Of a DNA stretch of 64,000 bases, positions 1-12,242 are shown in pieces. A model generated the notes under the pieces. The model did no database searches. It had not been told where the DNA came from and saw nothing but the letters and a program-made list of their open reading frames with translations. The stretch's first letter is position 1. Every line of letters starts with the position of its first letter. The translations under genes and the position numbers were made by a program. This DNA is from Octopus vulgaris. Its lineage: Eukaryota. The stretch is from positions 62,248,001-62,312,000 of the forward strand of contig OX597815.1 in NCBI GenBank assembly GCA_951406725.2, written 5' to 3'.

Positions 1-580
1 ATTGATGTTATTAAATTAATATCAAATCTTTTCACCCTCATTTTGACTTTAATCATAAATTAATATGGTCTCAAACCGGCGTAAACTACTGCAGTGAATT
101 ACTCATGCAGCATTTATTTCCGGAAATTTGGCGCGCTAGAACGAGGGCATTTGAATGTAACTGTGAATATAATAGGCCGAACTGTTCATGTCTTTGACCT
201 CGTGTTAATATATAGCGTGCAGTTCGACAAATTATATTTTATGACGTACTCTACCGATGATCTGAGGATAATTATGTAAGTAAAATTGCATAATTTATTA
301 ACAGTGAAACAATTGTATGGGGTTAATCTATATTTTTGTTATTTATCATTTGTCCTGCTCGCTTACGTTCTTAGTGTGCTAAATTTTTCTCGAGAACAAT
401 TCTTAGAGGTTCAGTCCCTTTGCGGATCTATATCTAGCGAAAGAGCGTCCACATAGTGGATTCTCTCTCATATTTGTATATATATATTTATAAATAAGGA
501 TAATATCGATATTATCAAGTGGCCAGAATGTGAATAAATACCATACAAGGGTAATAATTTTTCACGACTTATATATATAT

Positions 581-735
581 ACGACAGGCTTCTGTCAGTT
601 TCCGTCTACCAAATTCACTCAAGGTTTTGGTCGGCTCCAGGCGATAGTAGAAAATACTTGCCCCAAGGTGTCACGCAGTAGGACTGAACCTGGAACTATG
701 TGGTTGGGAAGCAAGCTTCTTACCACACAGCGACT
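581..735 (-). mobile_element. tRNA-derived SINE, 5' part
   Basis: The reverse complement reads GCTGTGTGGTAAGAAGCTTGCTTCCC...GGTTCAGTCC (box A/B-like head), then a body ending GTAGACGGAAACTGACAGAAGCC. The same body occurs at 893-1290 and 17250-17567. Confidence 0.8.
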
Positions 736-892
736 GAGTTTAAAAAAAAATATTTTTAGAACTCCTAGTGTTCCAATCACAACTGATATAGTTTCAATCT
801 TCCAGTGCCCCATCCTTCTTATTTAAATTTCACGATTTTTATACATGGCAAGTGTGTCATATTCTTTGGCTGGTGTATTTTTTCAGTTGGTA

Positions 893-1058
893 TAGGCGTA
901 GGCGTAGGCGCGGCTGTGTAATAAGTGTACTTCACAAATACATGTTTCCGGTTTCAATCCCATTGCATGGCATCTTGGACAAGTGTCTCCCACTATAATC
1001 TCTGGCCAACCAAAACTTTGTGAGTGGATTTAGTAGACGGAAAATGAAAGAAGCCCGT

Positions 1059-1089
<31 letters not shown>

Positions 1090-1292
1090 TAGTTGTGTCT
1101 TCGTCCCCACTACTTGCTGATAACCAGTGTTGGTGTGTTTACGTCACCATAACTTAGGCAAAAGAGACCGATAGAATAAGTACCAGGCTTAAGAAAGTAA
1201 GTACTGTGGTCGACTAAAATTCTACAAGGCCGTGCCCCAGTATGTCCGCAATCTAATGATTGAAGCAACTAAAGATAATGATAAAAGATAAA
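893..1292 (+). mobile_element. tRNA-derived SINE, near full length, with internal (CA)/(TA) microsatellite
   Basis: GGCGTAGGCGCGGCTGTG head, GTAGACGGAAA body, central microsatellite, 3' tail GCCGTGCCCCAGTATGTCCGCA...AAAGATAAAAGATAAA. Homologous to 581-735 and 17250-17567. Confidence 0.8.
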
Positions 1293-1309
1293 ATTCATGT
1301 GTAAGTAGG

Positions 1310-2460
1310 TTAGTCTTGGTGTCTTTAACGATAATATCTGGGGTGTGGTCATTAATTCCATGATCAGTAATGTCTTACAGGATGTTAGCGCTGCTACTTT
1401 CAACTACTGGTTTAGTTTAGTGTTCATACTTACTTCTCGCATGCTTGGAATCGAGGTTTTTGTATACAGTCTACTTAATATATTGGCCAGTTTTGTCGTG
1501 TCTAGCTTCATATTCTGTTGGAGCCAGGGCTGGGTATCCAGCTACTATATGGTCAATTGTTTCGCCGTGACCATTACAGACTCTGCATTTAGGGACTGCT
1601 CCTATTTTTGAGGACGTTAGTTCGATATTTATTGGGAATAAAATCTAGTCCTAGGCAGCAAGACTGAATCCTTCTGTTTCTGACTTCAATCCTGAGCTCC
1701 ATAACCACTGATGGGATTTTGATTGGTTTTTATCAGCGTCCTGAGCACGGAGTGGGTATTGGTCAAAGACAAATTTCTGCTGCCACCTTTCAAGTTATTA
1801 AATCCTTCAACTATGTATTTTATGATAGGAGCTTTCTGGTTTTTGTAACCATTCTTTGTAGCTCAGCTTGGTTCTAGTTGATGAAATCCATTTTGTATAC
1901 CAAATACTACTAAGGTGTTAATAGCTTCTCTGCATTTCTTGGATTTCAATTCAGTTTTCAGAACCAGTCTTACTCTTCTGTACTACTTCTTTCGAGTCCC
2001 CTTAATTTGTATGTGTTGAATACCATCACGCTCACTCATCAACGCCAAAGTACTTATAGGTTCCGTCTGGAGCGAGTTCTTTTATGGTTTTCTATTGGTC
2101 AAATTGAATGGATGTATCAGTTTCCCTCTTTTTAAAGTTGCATTTGCACATTTATCGGACCCAAATCCATACCAATATCATTATCAAACTACATTACTCT
2201 TCATAAAAGTTCTAATTCTTGCTCATTCTTAGCATACAACTTTAAATCGTTCATAAAAAAAAGAAATGGTTGATCAGACAATTGCTGTTGATGTAGTTAC
2301 TAGGTTTATATTCATACAATATATTGTTCCAATCGTATGAAAATGGGAAACAATCCAGTATAGAACAAGAGTAGAGAGGGGGAGTCACCTTTGACTTTAC
2401 GAGATTGCATGACTCCATTGCAGTGGTTAATAGAAAGAAGTATTTACCGCTTTGTCATAG
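1310..2460 (-). pseudogene. Degraded R4/Dong-like non-LTR retrotransposon RT fragment
   Basis: Minus-strand remnants FMNDLKLYAKNEQEL (YMDD-like) and IGM..DKCANATLKRGK, with frameshifts. These match the RT motifs seen in the 37-50 kb cluster. Confidence 0.75.
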
Positions 2461-2534
2461 TACATCAGAGAACGTCTGGGATGTGTGGAAAGATTTTGTA
2501 TATGTTTAAAGCATTCGATATCCATTCATAGAGG

Positions 2535-2972
<438 letters not shown>

Positions 2973-3699
2973 GTATATACATATAACTATTATTATATGT
3001 GCTATATTGCTTTAAGTCGTTCTTTTTTCAATTCAAATCAATTTTTCTCTTTTAAGTAGCTTTTTTTTCTATTTTAGACATTCAAAATGTTTTATTTAAT
3101 CTCTTATTCAAACAACTATAACATTGATAACCAATCAGCGTTCTTTATGATACTCAGGTATTTTGCTGCATGATATTTCTATACAGGTTTTTCATGCTTC
3201 ATTTTATATATTTGTCCAAAAATCACCAGTGAGAAACACGGAGTACTGAGTTGGTAAAAATGTAACTTCTCATGAATTAGATCATATTATTTTCAATATT
3301 GAGAGCGGTGTTTTTGATATTCTTCACATGCGTGTGATTGCGCGCGCACACACACATGCACACATCCGCACGCTCGCACGCACGCACAAAACGCAGACAG
3401 ACAAACACACTCACGCATGCACGCACCCACGCACCCACGCAGACAAATACACACAGAAGCATGCACGCACGCACACATTCACACACACACACACTCACAC
3501 ACAGACACACACAGACACACAAACACACACGCTCACATACATAATGAATGCATAAATATTTTGAGAGTATGAAGAAAAACCTTGGGCGAGTTACGACAAT
3601 CTCAACTGATACAGGGTGGAATTTAAGCCAGGGTACATGTTCTTACATAGACACATACATACACAGATACAGAGAAACATACACATAGATAGGCACAAA

Positions 3700-4614
3700 A
3701 GCATTGTCCTGATGATATCAAGACAACTTTCTTCTGTATTTCTGGCCGTTTGGTCTTGATAATTTCCATAACTGCCACAGCAGGTTGGCATCAATGGTGT
3801 GGCCCTTTTGAAGATAGTTAATAAGCACAATGCCTTTTGCATCCCCCAAAAACTGAGACCATCACCTTCCCTGCAGTTGAAACAATCTTGGCCTTCTTTG
3901 GAGCAATCCGCTGTATGGATTGTATCTTTGTCCCTGGCTTAATGTCATCAAGCCAACACTCATCCTAGGTTAGGAAATGATCAAAGAAACCAGCTGGATC
4001 TGCCTCAAACTATGTCAGATTCTCCCGTGATGTGATCACTTTGGGGTGCTTTGATCAGGTGTCAAAAGACGTGTCACCCACCGAGCAAAAACCTTCGTCA
4101 TACCGAGTTCATGGTGCAAAATAGTCTCACCTCTCTTACGGGATATGCGAATAGTATTGGCTATTTGATGTATATTCAATTGCTTGTCGTCTACCAGCAT
4201 GTGGTAAGCATAAACACGATCAATGTTTTCCTCGGTGATGACAGTTGCAGAACGCCCAATCCTTGGATCATGTTGAAGACTCTCACTTCTCCTCCTAAGT
4301 TTAAGTTGTGCACTGTTGATAAAACAGTTGCGTTATCTCCCAATGTAGTAATCTTGTCAGTATCAGTGTCGTTGGGGGCTAAACCCTTTCTCTGGAGATG
4401 TTTGATAACACCACAATGCTAAATTTTGTTGATTTTCAAGAGAAGTTGCTACTAGTTACTTTCGAAGACTTCTTTGAACTGTCAGATATCAGTTTATTTG
4501 AAAAGAAGCAATGCAATTATTAATAAGAAACGTTGAAATTAATGCATGCAGGATTTCACAGCTCCAACATCACTCCTTCATAGCCTGCCTATGAACTTTT
4601 CATCCTACACGCTA
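3700..4614 (-). mobile_element. Degraded mariner transposon (one TIR plus transposase remnant)
   Basis: Minus-strand PKKAKIVSTAGKVMVSVF..DAKGIVLINYLQKGHTI and HQDNA motifs. A TIR-like end GATGAAAAGTTCATAGGC lies near 4587-4614. Confidence 0.8.
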
Positions 4615-4829
4615 CAAGACGTGCCTTGAAACGGAAAAGGATCTTTGACGTCTCGGACGTAGAATGCTTCGCCAGAAAAATAGAAACAAGATAGGGAATG
4701 GAAAGGAGGGAAGATAAAAGAAAGTTAAGGAACGAATACACATGCGTGTGTGTGAGTGTGTCTGTATATGTGTATGCGTATATATATACATATATATAAT
4801 AAATAATAAATAATACAATATAATATATG

Positions 4830-4912
<83 letters not shown>

Positions 4913-5169
4913 ATTTATATGTGTGTGTGTGTAACGATGTAAGTATACAAAGTTTTACTTTAGAAGCGTTGAGAAGTATTGAAAGATAAGGAAATAATTT
5001 TATTCTCAAACGCAGGAGACTGCTAATAATATAGCATGAACAGGATAAACTATCCATATTTTGCAGAACAATCTGCAAAATATGGATAGTATATCCTGTT
5101 CATGCTATATTATTAGCATTATCCTACGTTTGAGAATGAAATTATTTCTTTATATATATATATATATAT

Positions 5170-5345
5170 ATATATATTTAACGGGAAGCTTTATGAAAAT
5201 AGACAAAAGACGAAGGCAGGTGGAAAACAAACAAACAATTGTATTAGTATGGCGCTCAGGAAATATAAATAAAACAAGTCTTTAACGTTTCGAGCCTACG
5301 CTCTTCAACAGAAAGATACACAGAGAGAAAAAAAACACAGAAAAA
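5170..5345 (-). mobile_element. Short non-coding repeat carrying an HHR-like motif (PLE terminal-repeat-like)
   Basis: Homologous to 25780-25992 on the + strand (shared GAGCGTAGGCTCGAAAC and CCTGAGCG..ATACTAATACA). Ends in (TA)n. Confidence 0.7.
5279..5316 (-). ncRNA. Minimal type-I hammerhead-like motif (A6U variant, extra A)
   Basis: Minus strand: TCTTT CTGTTGA A GAGC-GTAG-GCTC GAAA CGT T AAAGA. Stems I and II pair perfectly and stem III is the palindrome ACGT. Confidence 0.6.
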
Positions 5346-5356
5346 AACACATATAT

Positions 5357-5995
5357 TTACATATACATGCATATATGGGTACAGGACGTCACCAACGGTA
5401 CAAATAACATGAAATACGTAAACAAACGAGTTGAATACGTAAACAAGGAGAACAAAAATGAAAAACAGAACAAGTAAATACGGAGAAAGGATCCTTCATC
5501 AGTTGTCGGCTGTCTACTCCTCATTCGATCATTCAGCGACGAGTCTTCAAAGACAATTGTTCCCATAAATTCTAAAATAATATTTAGGAGTTATAGACGG
5601 TCAAAGTTGGAAAAAATAACATGACAGTGGCGACATACACAAAACCGAACGAAAACAAACACGGAGGGTCGATAAACCAGAACGAGAGAAAAGTAGTGAA
5701 CGCTGGGAGAAACATCTTTTTTAAAAAGAAAAGATAGAAGAGAGGGAGAAAAACACGTCCGTTCTTTTGAACGTCCGTGCAGGAAAAGAATGGTCACGTG
5801 AGGAAAAGAAAGATGAACGATGGCCACGTCTGAGCAACGAGAGAGAAAAGAAAAAAAGAGGGAGAGAGAAACAGATAGAAAGCGGTGAAGGGGGGAGGGG
5901 AGAAAAAAGGAATAGGGAAGGATGGCGGAAGAAAACAGTAGAGAGTAGAGAGTCGCATCAAAAAGGTGAAGATAAACTTACTTGGAAGTGAATGT
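5357..5995 (-). repeat. Interspersed repeat; second copy at 17575-18160
   Basis: Both copies share GACAACTGATGAAGG and TGACGTCCTGTACCCATAT, plus a CT-rich 5' part. Confidence 0.65.
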
Positions 5996-6038
5996 GTCGC
6001 GTTTATTTAAACAATAAATAATAATATAATATAATATA

Positions 6039-6210
6039 ACTAGCAGTATCGCCCGGCGTTGCTCGGGTTTGTAAGGGAAATAACTATATAAGCATTTTTA
6101 GAGAGTTATAGCCAAAAAGTAACAAAAAATGCATTAAAAATGGAAAAAAAATTATGGTAAATTTTTTAAAAAATCGTTGACTCATCGTAGACATTTTTAG
6201 TGAGTTACTT

Positions 6211-6215
<5 letters not shown>
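6039..6215 (-). mobile_element. Short non-autonomous Helitron-like element
   Basis: The minus-strand 3' end has a GC hairpin (CCCGAGCAACGCCGGG) about 10 nt before CTAGT. The element sits between AT-rich and (TA)n tracts. Confidence 0.65.
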
Positions 6216-6281
<66 letters not shown>

Positions 6282-6368
6282 TAATCCAAACGGGAAAACA
6301 GAAAAAACAACAACACGTGGAACAATTAAAGTATTATTATTATTATATATACGTGTGTATATACATAC

Positions 6369-6403
<35 letters not shown>

Positions 6404-6466
6404 ATTTATTATTTATTAATTGAATGCGACACATCCATTTCCAAGTAACCCTCTCTCTCTCTCTCC

Positions 6467-6529
<63 letters not shown>

Positions 6530-6536
<7 letters not shown>

Positions 6537-7142
6537 TGAGGGAGATAAATTAATATTAATTTTAATATCAATTTAAAACCAGTAGTCCAGCATTCAAAAA
6601 ATCTGAGGAGTCAGAGAAAATTCAAATATATGTGTATATTGGCAGGGCTGGCCTGCTAGGTAGCCGGCCAGAATGCTAGAAATAGATCATAAACGATCAA
6701 ACTACAAGGGAAATTCTCTAGAGGAAGAATTCAGCGAACACCAGAACCAAATTTGGCGGGCAGGACATATGAAAAATTAAATAAAAAACAGACTTAAATG
6801 CATACCTCGGTTTCGGTCTTAACAAAAGAATTACTTGCATAATTCAAGTGTCCGTGACTTCTTCAGTACATTCGGTCCTCGAGATGCAAACTGCAAGACT
6901 AACCCCAGCTCTCTGTGTCAAGACAGACACGTGCTTAGTCTTACTGATTACATCGGGAATAAAATTTCAAATGTCTTGGTTCCGGCGCGCTAAGAGACTC
7001 CTGAAGCGAAGGGCTGCTGTGAATAATTCACTGCGGGTAAAGCTTACTTCTAGGGAACGTATTTATTTAAATATTTAAAAATTGAGGGAGATAAATTAAT
7101 ATTAATTTTAATATCATTTTAAAAGTCTCAGTCTCTCTCTCT

Positions 7143-7222
<80 letters not shown>

Positions 7223-7285
7223 GATCATAGACGATCAATCTACAAGGGAAATTCTCTAGAGGAAGGGTGTTCGCTGAATTCTTAA
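6530..7285 (-). mobile_element. Non-coding PLE-like element with partial direct and inverted terminal repeats
   Basis: 6531-6578 is repeated at 7077-7123 and 6677-6726 at 7216-7265. AAGAATTCAGCGAACACC is inverted at 7266-7283. Contains the HHR at 6798-6871. Confidence 0.65.
6798..6871 (-). ncRNA. Type-I hammerhead ribozyme motif with extended stem II
   Basis: Minus strand: ATGTA CTGAAGA AGTC...GAATTA-TGCAAG-TAATTC...GACC GAAA CCGAGG T A TGCAT. Confidence 0.7.
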
Positions 7286-8554
7286 TGATCATGTCTGATG
7301 TTGTTTATACAGAGTCTTTTTACGTCCAGCAAAATAACGGTTCGTCAATCAGAGTTGGATAAAATACATATGAAATGGAAATAAATAATGTGATCGATAT
7401 TTTCGATTAAACACATAAAAAATATGGAGCAAAAGTTTTGTGTAGTACGCACGACAATATATTTAAGAGCGCAGGCACATAAACACGCACACGCACAAAC
7501 AAACACACACACACACACACACAGACACAGACACAGACACACACACACACACACACACTCACACGCATATGCATACGCACTGATCGTCACCCTATCCCGT
7601 ATTGTTTTGTTACTTCATTCTCCCTCTGCCTGTCTGTCTCTTTCATTTTTCTCTCTTTATATACATACATGTACACTCACCAACTCACGAACACATCCCC
7701 ACACGCACACACACGCATATGCGCACACACACACATATGCACACACACACACATATGCACACACATACGTAATACATACATACATACGCACATACACTTA
7801 CACATATACACATACATAAATATGTATACACACATACATATATATACATATATATATATGCTTATGGGCACCTGAGAGTGTGTGTGTGAGTATGTGTGTG
7901 TATGTGAGTGTGTGTATGTGTGTGTGTTTGTGTGTGCGTGTGTGTATGTGTGTGTGTGCGTGTGCACAAAAACATGCCAGCTTCTGTTCTTTACAAGTGC
8001 CATATCAGCAGGAGTCTTGAACAATAGCCAAAAGCGACAGAGTTAGATTTCCTCCACCGCTACAGCCATAGAGCCACCACCACCACCACCACCACCACCA
8101 CCACCACCAGCAACAACAACAACAGCAACAACACTACTGCTGCTCCCTCCATGCTGTCTCCATCACCAACACCTCAAGAAACATCTCTGTCGCTACTTCA
8201 ACACGAATCTTACAGTGTTTGCACCCCTGTCCCCACCCACAGACCACATCTATCATCCTACGTTAAGTATACTCCTACCACTTGTAGTTATAACGTTATT
8301 CCAGTGTAACACGGCACCGGCTCTGGTGCTGTTGTTAAATTCTGGCCTTCAGTTTCTTCTGCTACAATTGATTAAGGGTAATCTGATAAAACAAGGTATT
8401 AACCCTTTCCTCCCCTCCCCTCCTCCTCTTCCTCCTCCTCTTCTTCGTGGGTGACTTAGAGAGGGACAAGACCTACTTGTAGAACTTCTTAATATAATTT
8501 ACTCGCTATGTGACGGGCAACTTTAAAAGTATACTTTTGCTATAACTTGTAATA

Positions 8555-8690
8555 TCTTTTCTATTATAAGTACAGGGCCTGGAATTTGTGGGGAAGGGAA
8601 TAGTTTATCACATTGACCCCAGTACTTGACTGGTACGTAATTCATTGACCCCGAAAGGATGAAAGGCAAAGCAAAGCGGCAGGCATGCAA
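8555..8690 (-). mobile_element. SINE fragment
   Basis: GACCCCAGTACTTGACTGGTAC...GACCCCGAAAGGATGAAAGGCAAAG. Related degraded pieces occur at 35490-35610 and 59638-59785. Confidence 0.55.
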
Positions 8691-8871
8691 TAATTGTAAT
8701 GTAATTGCTATCGAATGCATTGGTTCTTATAGAAAAGGATGAAGTGAATATTAATTTTTGCAACAAAAATATTTATTACTTTAAGATAGAATTAAATAAA
8801 ACATATTTATTTGTATAACTCCTCCCATAACACGACTCCTTCTTCTCCGCTTACATCTGTTTTGATCTGAC

Positions 8872-8907
<36 letters not shown>

Positions 8908-9246
8908 TGCGCGCGTGTGTGCGTATGTGAGTTTGTGTCTGTGTGTATCTCGCGGGTTGCACAGTTCTGTCTCACAAATCACTGGTCGGCCAAAGATTGT
9001 AGTAGAAGAAATATACCCAAGATGACTAAACTATGTTTGGCTAAAACCGCAAAGCATAACTCTTAACTACACAGCTCTGGCTTCGCCTATATATGTGTGT
9101 GTGTGTGTATGTGTGTGTGTGTGTATGTGTGTGTGTGTGTGTGTGTGCGTGCGTGCGCGCCTGGCTGTTAATGTTAATTTTTAGTATACGCTTTAGCATT
9201 TCTCTAAATCATCCATAAATTTTTATGGTATATATACATATATACC

Positions 9247-9981
9247 CTAGCAAACGCACCCGTCCTTTGGACGGTTTAAGTTGCTTTGGTGGTAATTTTT
9301 TCACCAAATAATTGAACTACCGAGAAGGTTTATGAGTAGCACGGCAATCTATGTTTCCGATTAACCTAGGAACAGAAAACCAAAATACAAGGTTGATTAT
9401 TGTGCACTTTAATGATCATAGAACATATAAATTTGCAAGCGATGCAAAGTAGAGCTACTGAAGTGTTTTGGGAGTAGATTACGGATAATGACATGAAAGC
9501 GAAATTTCTTGTCAGAAACAGGCACATAAATGGTGTAAAGAAATTGAAGGAAAACATTGAAACTTCCCCTCTGCGAGTTTATTTTATTCAAGAGCAAAGG
9601 GGGATATTTTTTCGGAGAGAAGTATGATTGGTACGTTCAAAAATGGCAATATAATACCTACTTGAAAAAGTAGAGTTCAAGGAATGTATTTGCTACGTGC
9701 TTACAATGTACGACCACTCTGCAATTGACTTCAGGTAACGAAAATTGAAGACATGAAGAGTTTGACTTCAATTCATGAACACTGCTTTGAATCTTCAGCA
9801 GTTCGCAGTGAAAAGATGTCGTGTTCGAAATATCATAATGGATAAGTAAATAAGCATCCTTAAAGTGAGACAATGCATTAGTAGGTAAACAAAGGTATCA
9901 ACGAATATAAGAGAGGCAAGGGAATATCACTCGAGTAACTCAGAATAGGTAAAGGTAAGCTTGTCAAAGTTTAATGCAGTT
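9247..9981 (-). mobile_element. Helitron 3' end and adjacent body, interrupted by mariner
   Basis: The reverse complement of 9248-9276 is ACCGTCCAAAGGACGGGTGCGTTTGCTAG, almost identical to the hairpin+CTAG terminus at 34027-34055. The inner boundary is uncertain. Confidence 0.6.
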
Positions 9982-9983
9982 TA

Positions 9984-11267
9984 CGAGGGGCGTTCAATAA
10001 GTAATGCCTTTGACCCACTTGCAGTTGTTTGATCTAGCTGAAATTTTGCATGTGCAATTATTTATATCTCTATTGATTAAGTGGCAAATCACAGCTCTGA
10101 ACTAATTACCGATTTACAGGTGTTTGAACTGAGTCAAGTGTGAAATGGAGCATGTTGAGTGTCGAGCAGTGATCCGGTTTTTGTATTTGAAAGGACGCAC
10201 ACCACGGGAGACTTTTGATGAAATGAAAGTAACTTATGGTAATGATGCCCCATCATATGACCTCGTAAAACGCTGGCATCGTGAATTCAAACATGGTCGG
10301 AACTCTGTGGAAACAGCTCCCAGATCTGGTCACCCTCTTCTGCCATTGATGAGGCATCTGTCTGTCAAGTTGAGGCTGCCATTTTGGAAGATCGACGCAT
10401 AACTATTCGCCAAATAGCCCATGAGGTCAAGATTGGTACCAGGTCTGTGGAAACTATCATTCATGACCATTTGCATATGCAAAAGGTGTCTGCCAGATGG
10501 ATTCCCAGGTTGCTCACACCTTTCCAGAAACAAGAACGCGTCCAGTGCTCGAGGATGAATTTGGAGATGTGCCAAGAAGGTGAGTCAAATTTTTCAAAAG
10601 ACTGATTGCATAGGATAAAACCTGGGTCCATCACTATGATCCAGAGACCAAATCCCAGTCAATGCAGTGGAAGCACCGTGACTCACCTCCTCCAAAGAAG
10701 GCAAGGGTGCAGCCCTCCGCCGGCAAGGTCATGCTTACAGTCTTCTGGGACCAGGACGGAGTAGTGATGACAGATTTCCTGGCAAAGGGTGCCACACTTA
10801 CAGGAGTCTGTTATGCTTCACTTTTGAGGAAATTAAGAGAAGCTATCAAAATCAAGAGGCGGGGCAAGATCAGCAAAGGCATCCTCCTCCTGCAGGACAA
10901 CGCTCCGATCCACAACTCGCGTGTCGCCAGATCAGAAGCACAGGCGTGCGGCTATGAACTCATCCCCATCCCCCCTACTCTCCTGACCTTGCACCCTCTG
11001 ATTTTCACCTCTTCCCAGCCATGAAGTTGTTTTTGAAAGGAAAGCGTTTCCCAGATGATGCAGCCTTGATTTCTGAAGTCACGTCGTGGTTGGAGGACCA
11101 AGCTGGGGTCTTCTACAAAAACGGTCTTCAGAGCTGCATCAAACGATGGGAGAAATGCGTAACTCTGGGTGGTTCCTATGTAGAAAAAGACTAATAACTG
11201 TTCCAAGTTTCGTTGCTCTACTGCTATGGGAAGTGGGTCAGGGGCATTACTTATTGAACGCCCCTCG
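9984..11267 (+). mobile_element. Full-length mariner (DD34D-type) transposon
   Basis: 37-bp TIRs CGAGGGGCGTTCAATAAGTAATGCC..TGACCCACTT with 2 mismatches, flanked by TA on both sides (9982-83, 11268-69). Confidence 0.97.
10145..11195 (+). pseudogene. Mariner transposase, frameshifted
   Basis: ORF pieces RAVIRFLYLKG, ARWIPRLLT, DKTWVHHYDPETK, AGKVMLTVFWD, LQDNAP and YSPDLAPSDFHLF, spread over several frames with stops. Confidence 0.95.
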
Positions 11268-11593
11268 TAAATATGAAGATTAAGATTGTTTGGTATTGAA
11301 TATTCATCGCGTACAGTGTTCCTGGTCAATTTAATCATCATGGCAGGTGGGCAGTGGAAATAAATAGACAAAATTCTTTCAATTTTATAATATTTTCTAG
11401 TCAAGTAATGAGACACAATTACAAAATATAAATAAATAATAAATCGAAAAATATTCTCTAATGTCAATATACAACCATATAGATTAAAAATGTAAAAAAT
11501 GTTTGGAAGACCCTACATAAAAAACTATGTACATACAACGAATTAAAGAAAAACCCGTGTAAACCACCGCTTTTGATTAATTAATTTTACCCT

Positions 11594-11655
<62 letters not shown>

Positions 11656-11674
11656 ATATATGTATATATATATA

Positions 11675-12192
11675 TCAGTTTCCAATGTTTCACCACAAAA
11701 GGGAATTAGAATTGTCACTAAATGCGACTAGGGTGTTAGAAAACATTTACATTGCTAGAAATAAGTGCTAAACCACGCTAATGCTGTAGTTAATGCACAT
11801 GCATGAAAACATATATACTAACAGGGATGATAATCGTCCGAAAATTGTCGATCGAGAATTCATAATACTGACGCCAGTTTCGGCAATTTCCGTTGCCTCA
11901 TCAGTTAAGGCTGCTCAATTGTTCAGCTTTCACGGACTTGCTTCACCATTAGTATTTATGTTTTTATCATCCAAAATAATGGATGGTTTAGCGATTCGCT
12001 AATGTGTATATATAAAATTAATGTAAACAGTAGGTTGCAATGTTTCACCAAAAGAGGAGAATTATAATTATCACTAAATTTGACTAGGGTATTAGGAAAC
12101 AGCTCGAAATAAGAGCTAAACTGCTCAAGCGGTTTAACGCTTATTCTAGCAATGTGTTTCATAACATCCTAGTCACATCTAGTGACAATAAT
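11675..12192 (-). mobile_element. Non-coding PLE-like element with direct and inverted terminal repeats
   Basis: About 11680-11773 is repeated directly at about 12035-12122, and inverted at about 12130-12190. Contains the HHR at 11861-11909. Confidence 0.7.
11861..11909 (-). ncRNA. Type-I hammerhead ribozyme motif with canonical core
   Basis: Minus strand: CTTAA CTGATGA GGCAA-CGGAAA-TTGCC GAA ACTGGCGTCAGT A TTATG. The core is canonical and stem III is near-palindromic. Confidence 0.8.
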
Positions 12193-12242
12193 ATATATAT
12201 TTATATATATATATATACATACAAAGACATGAGATACTTAGA

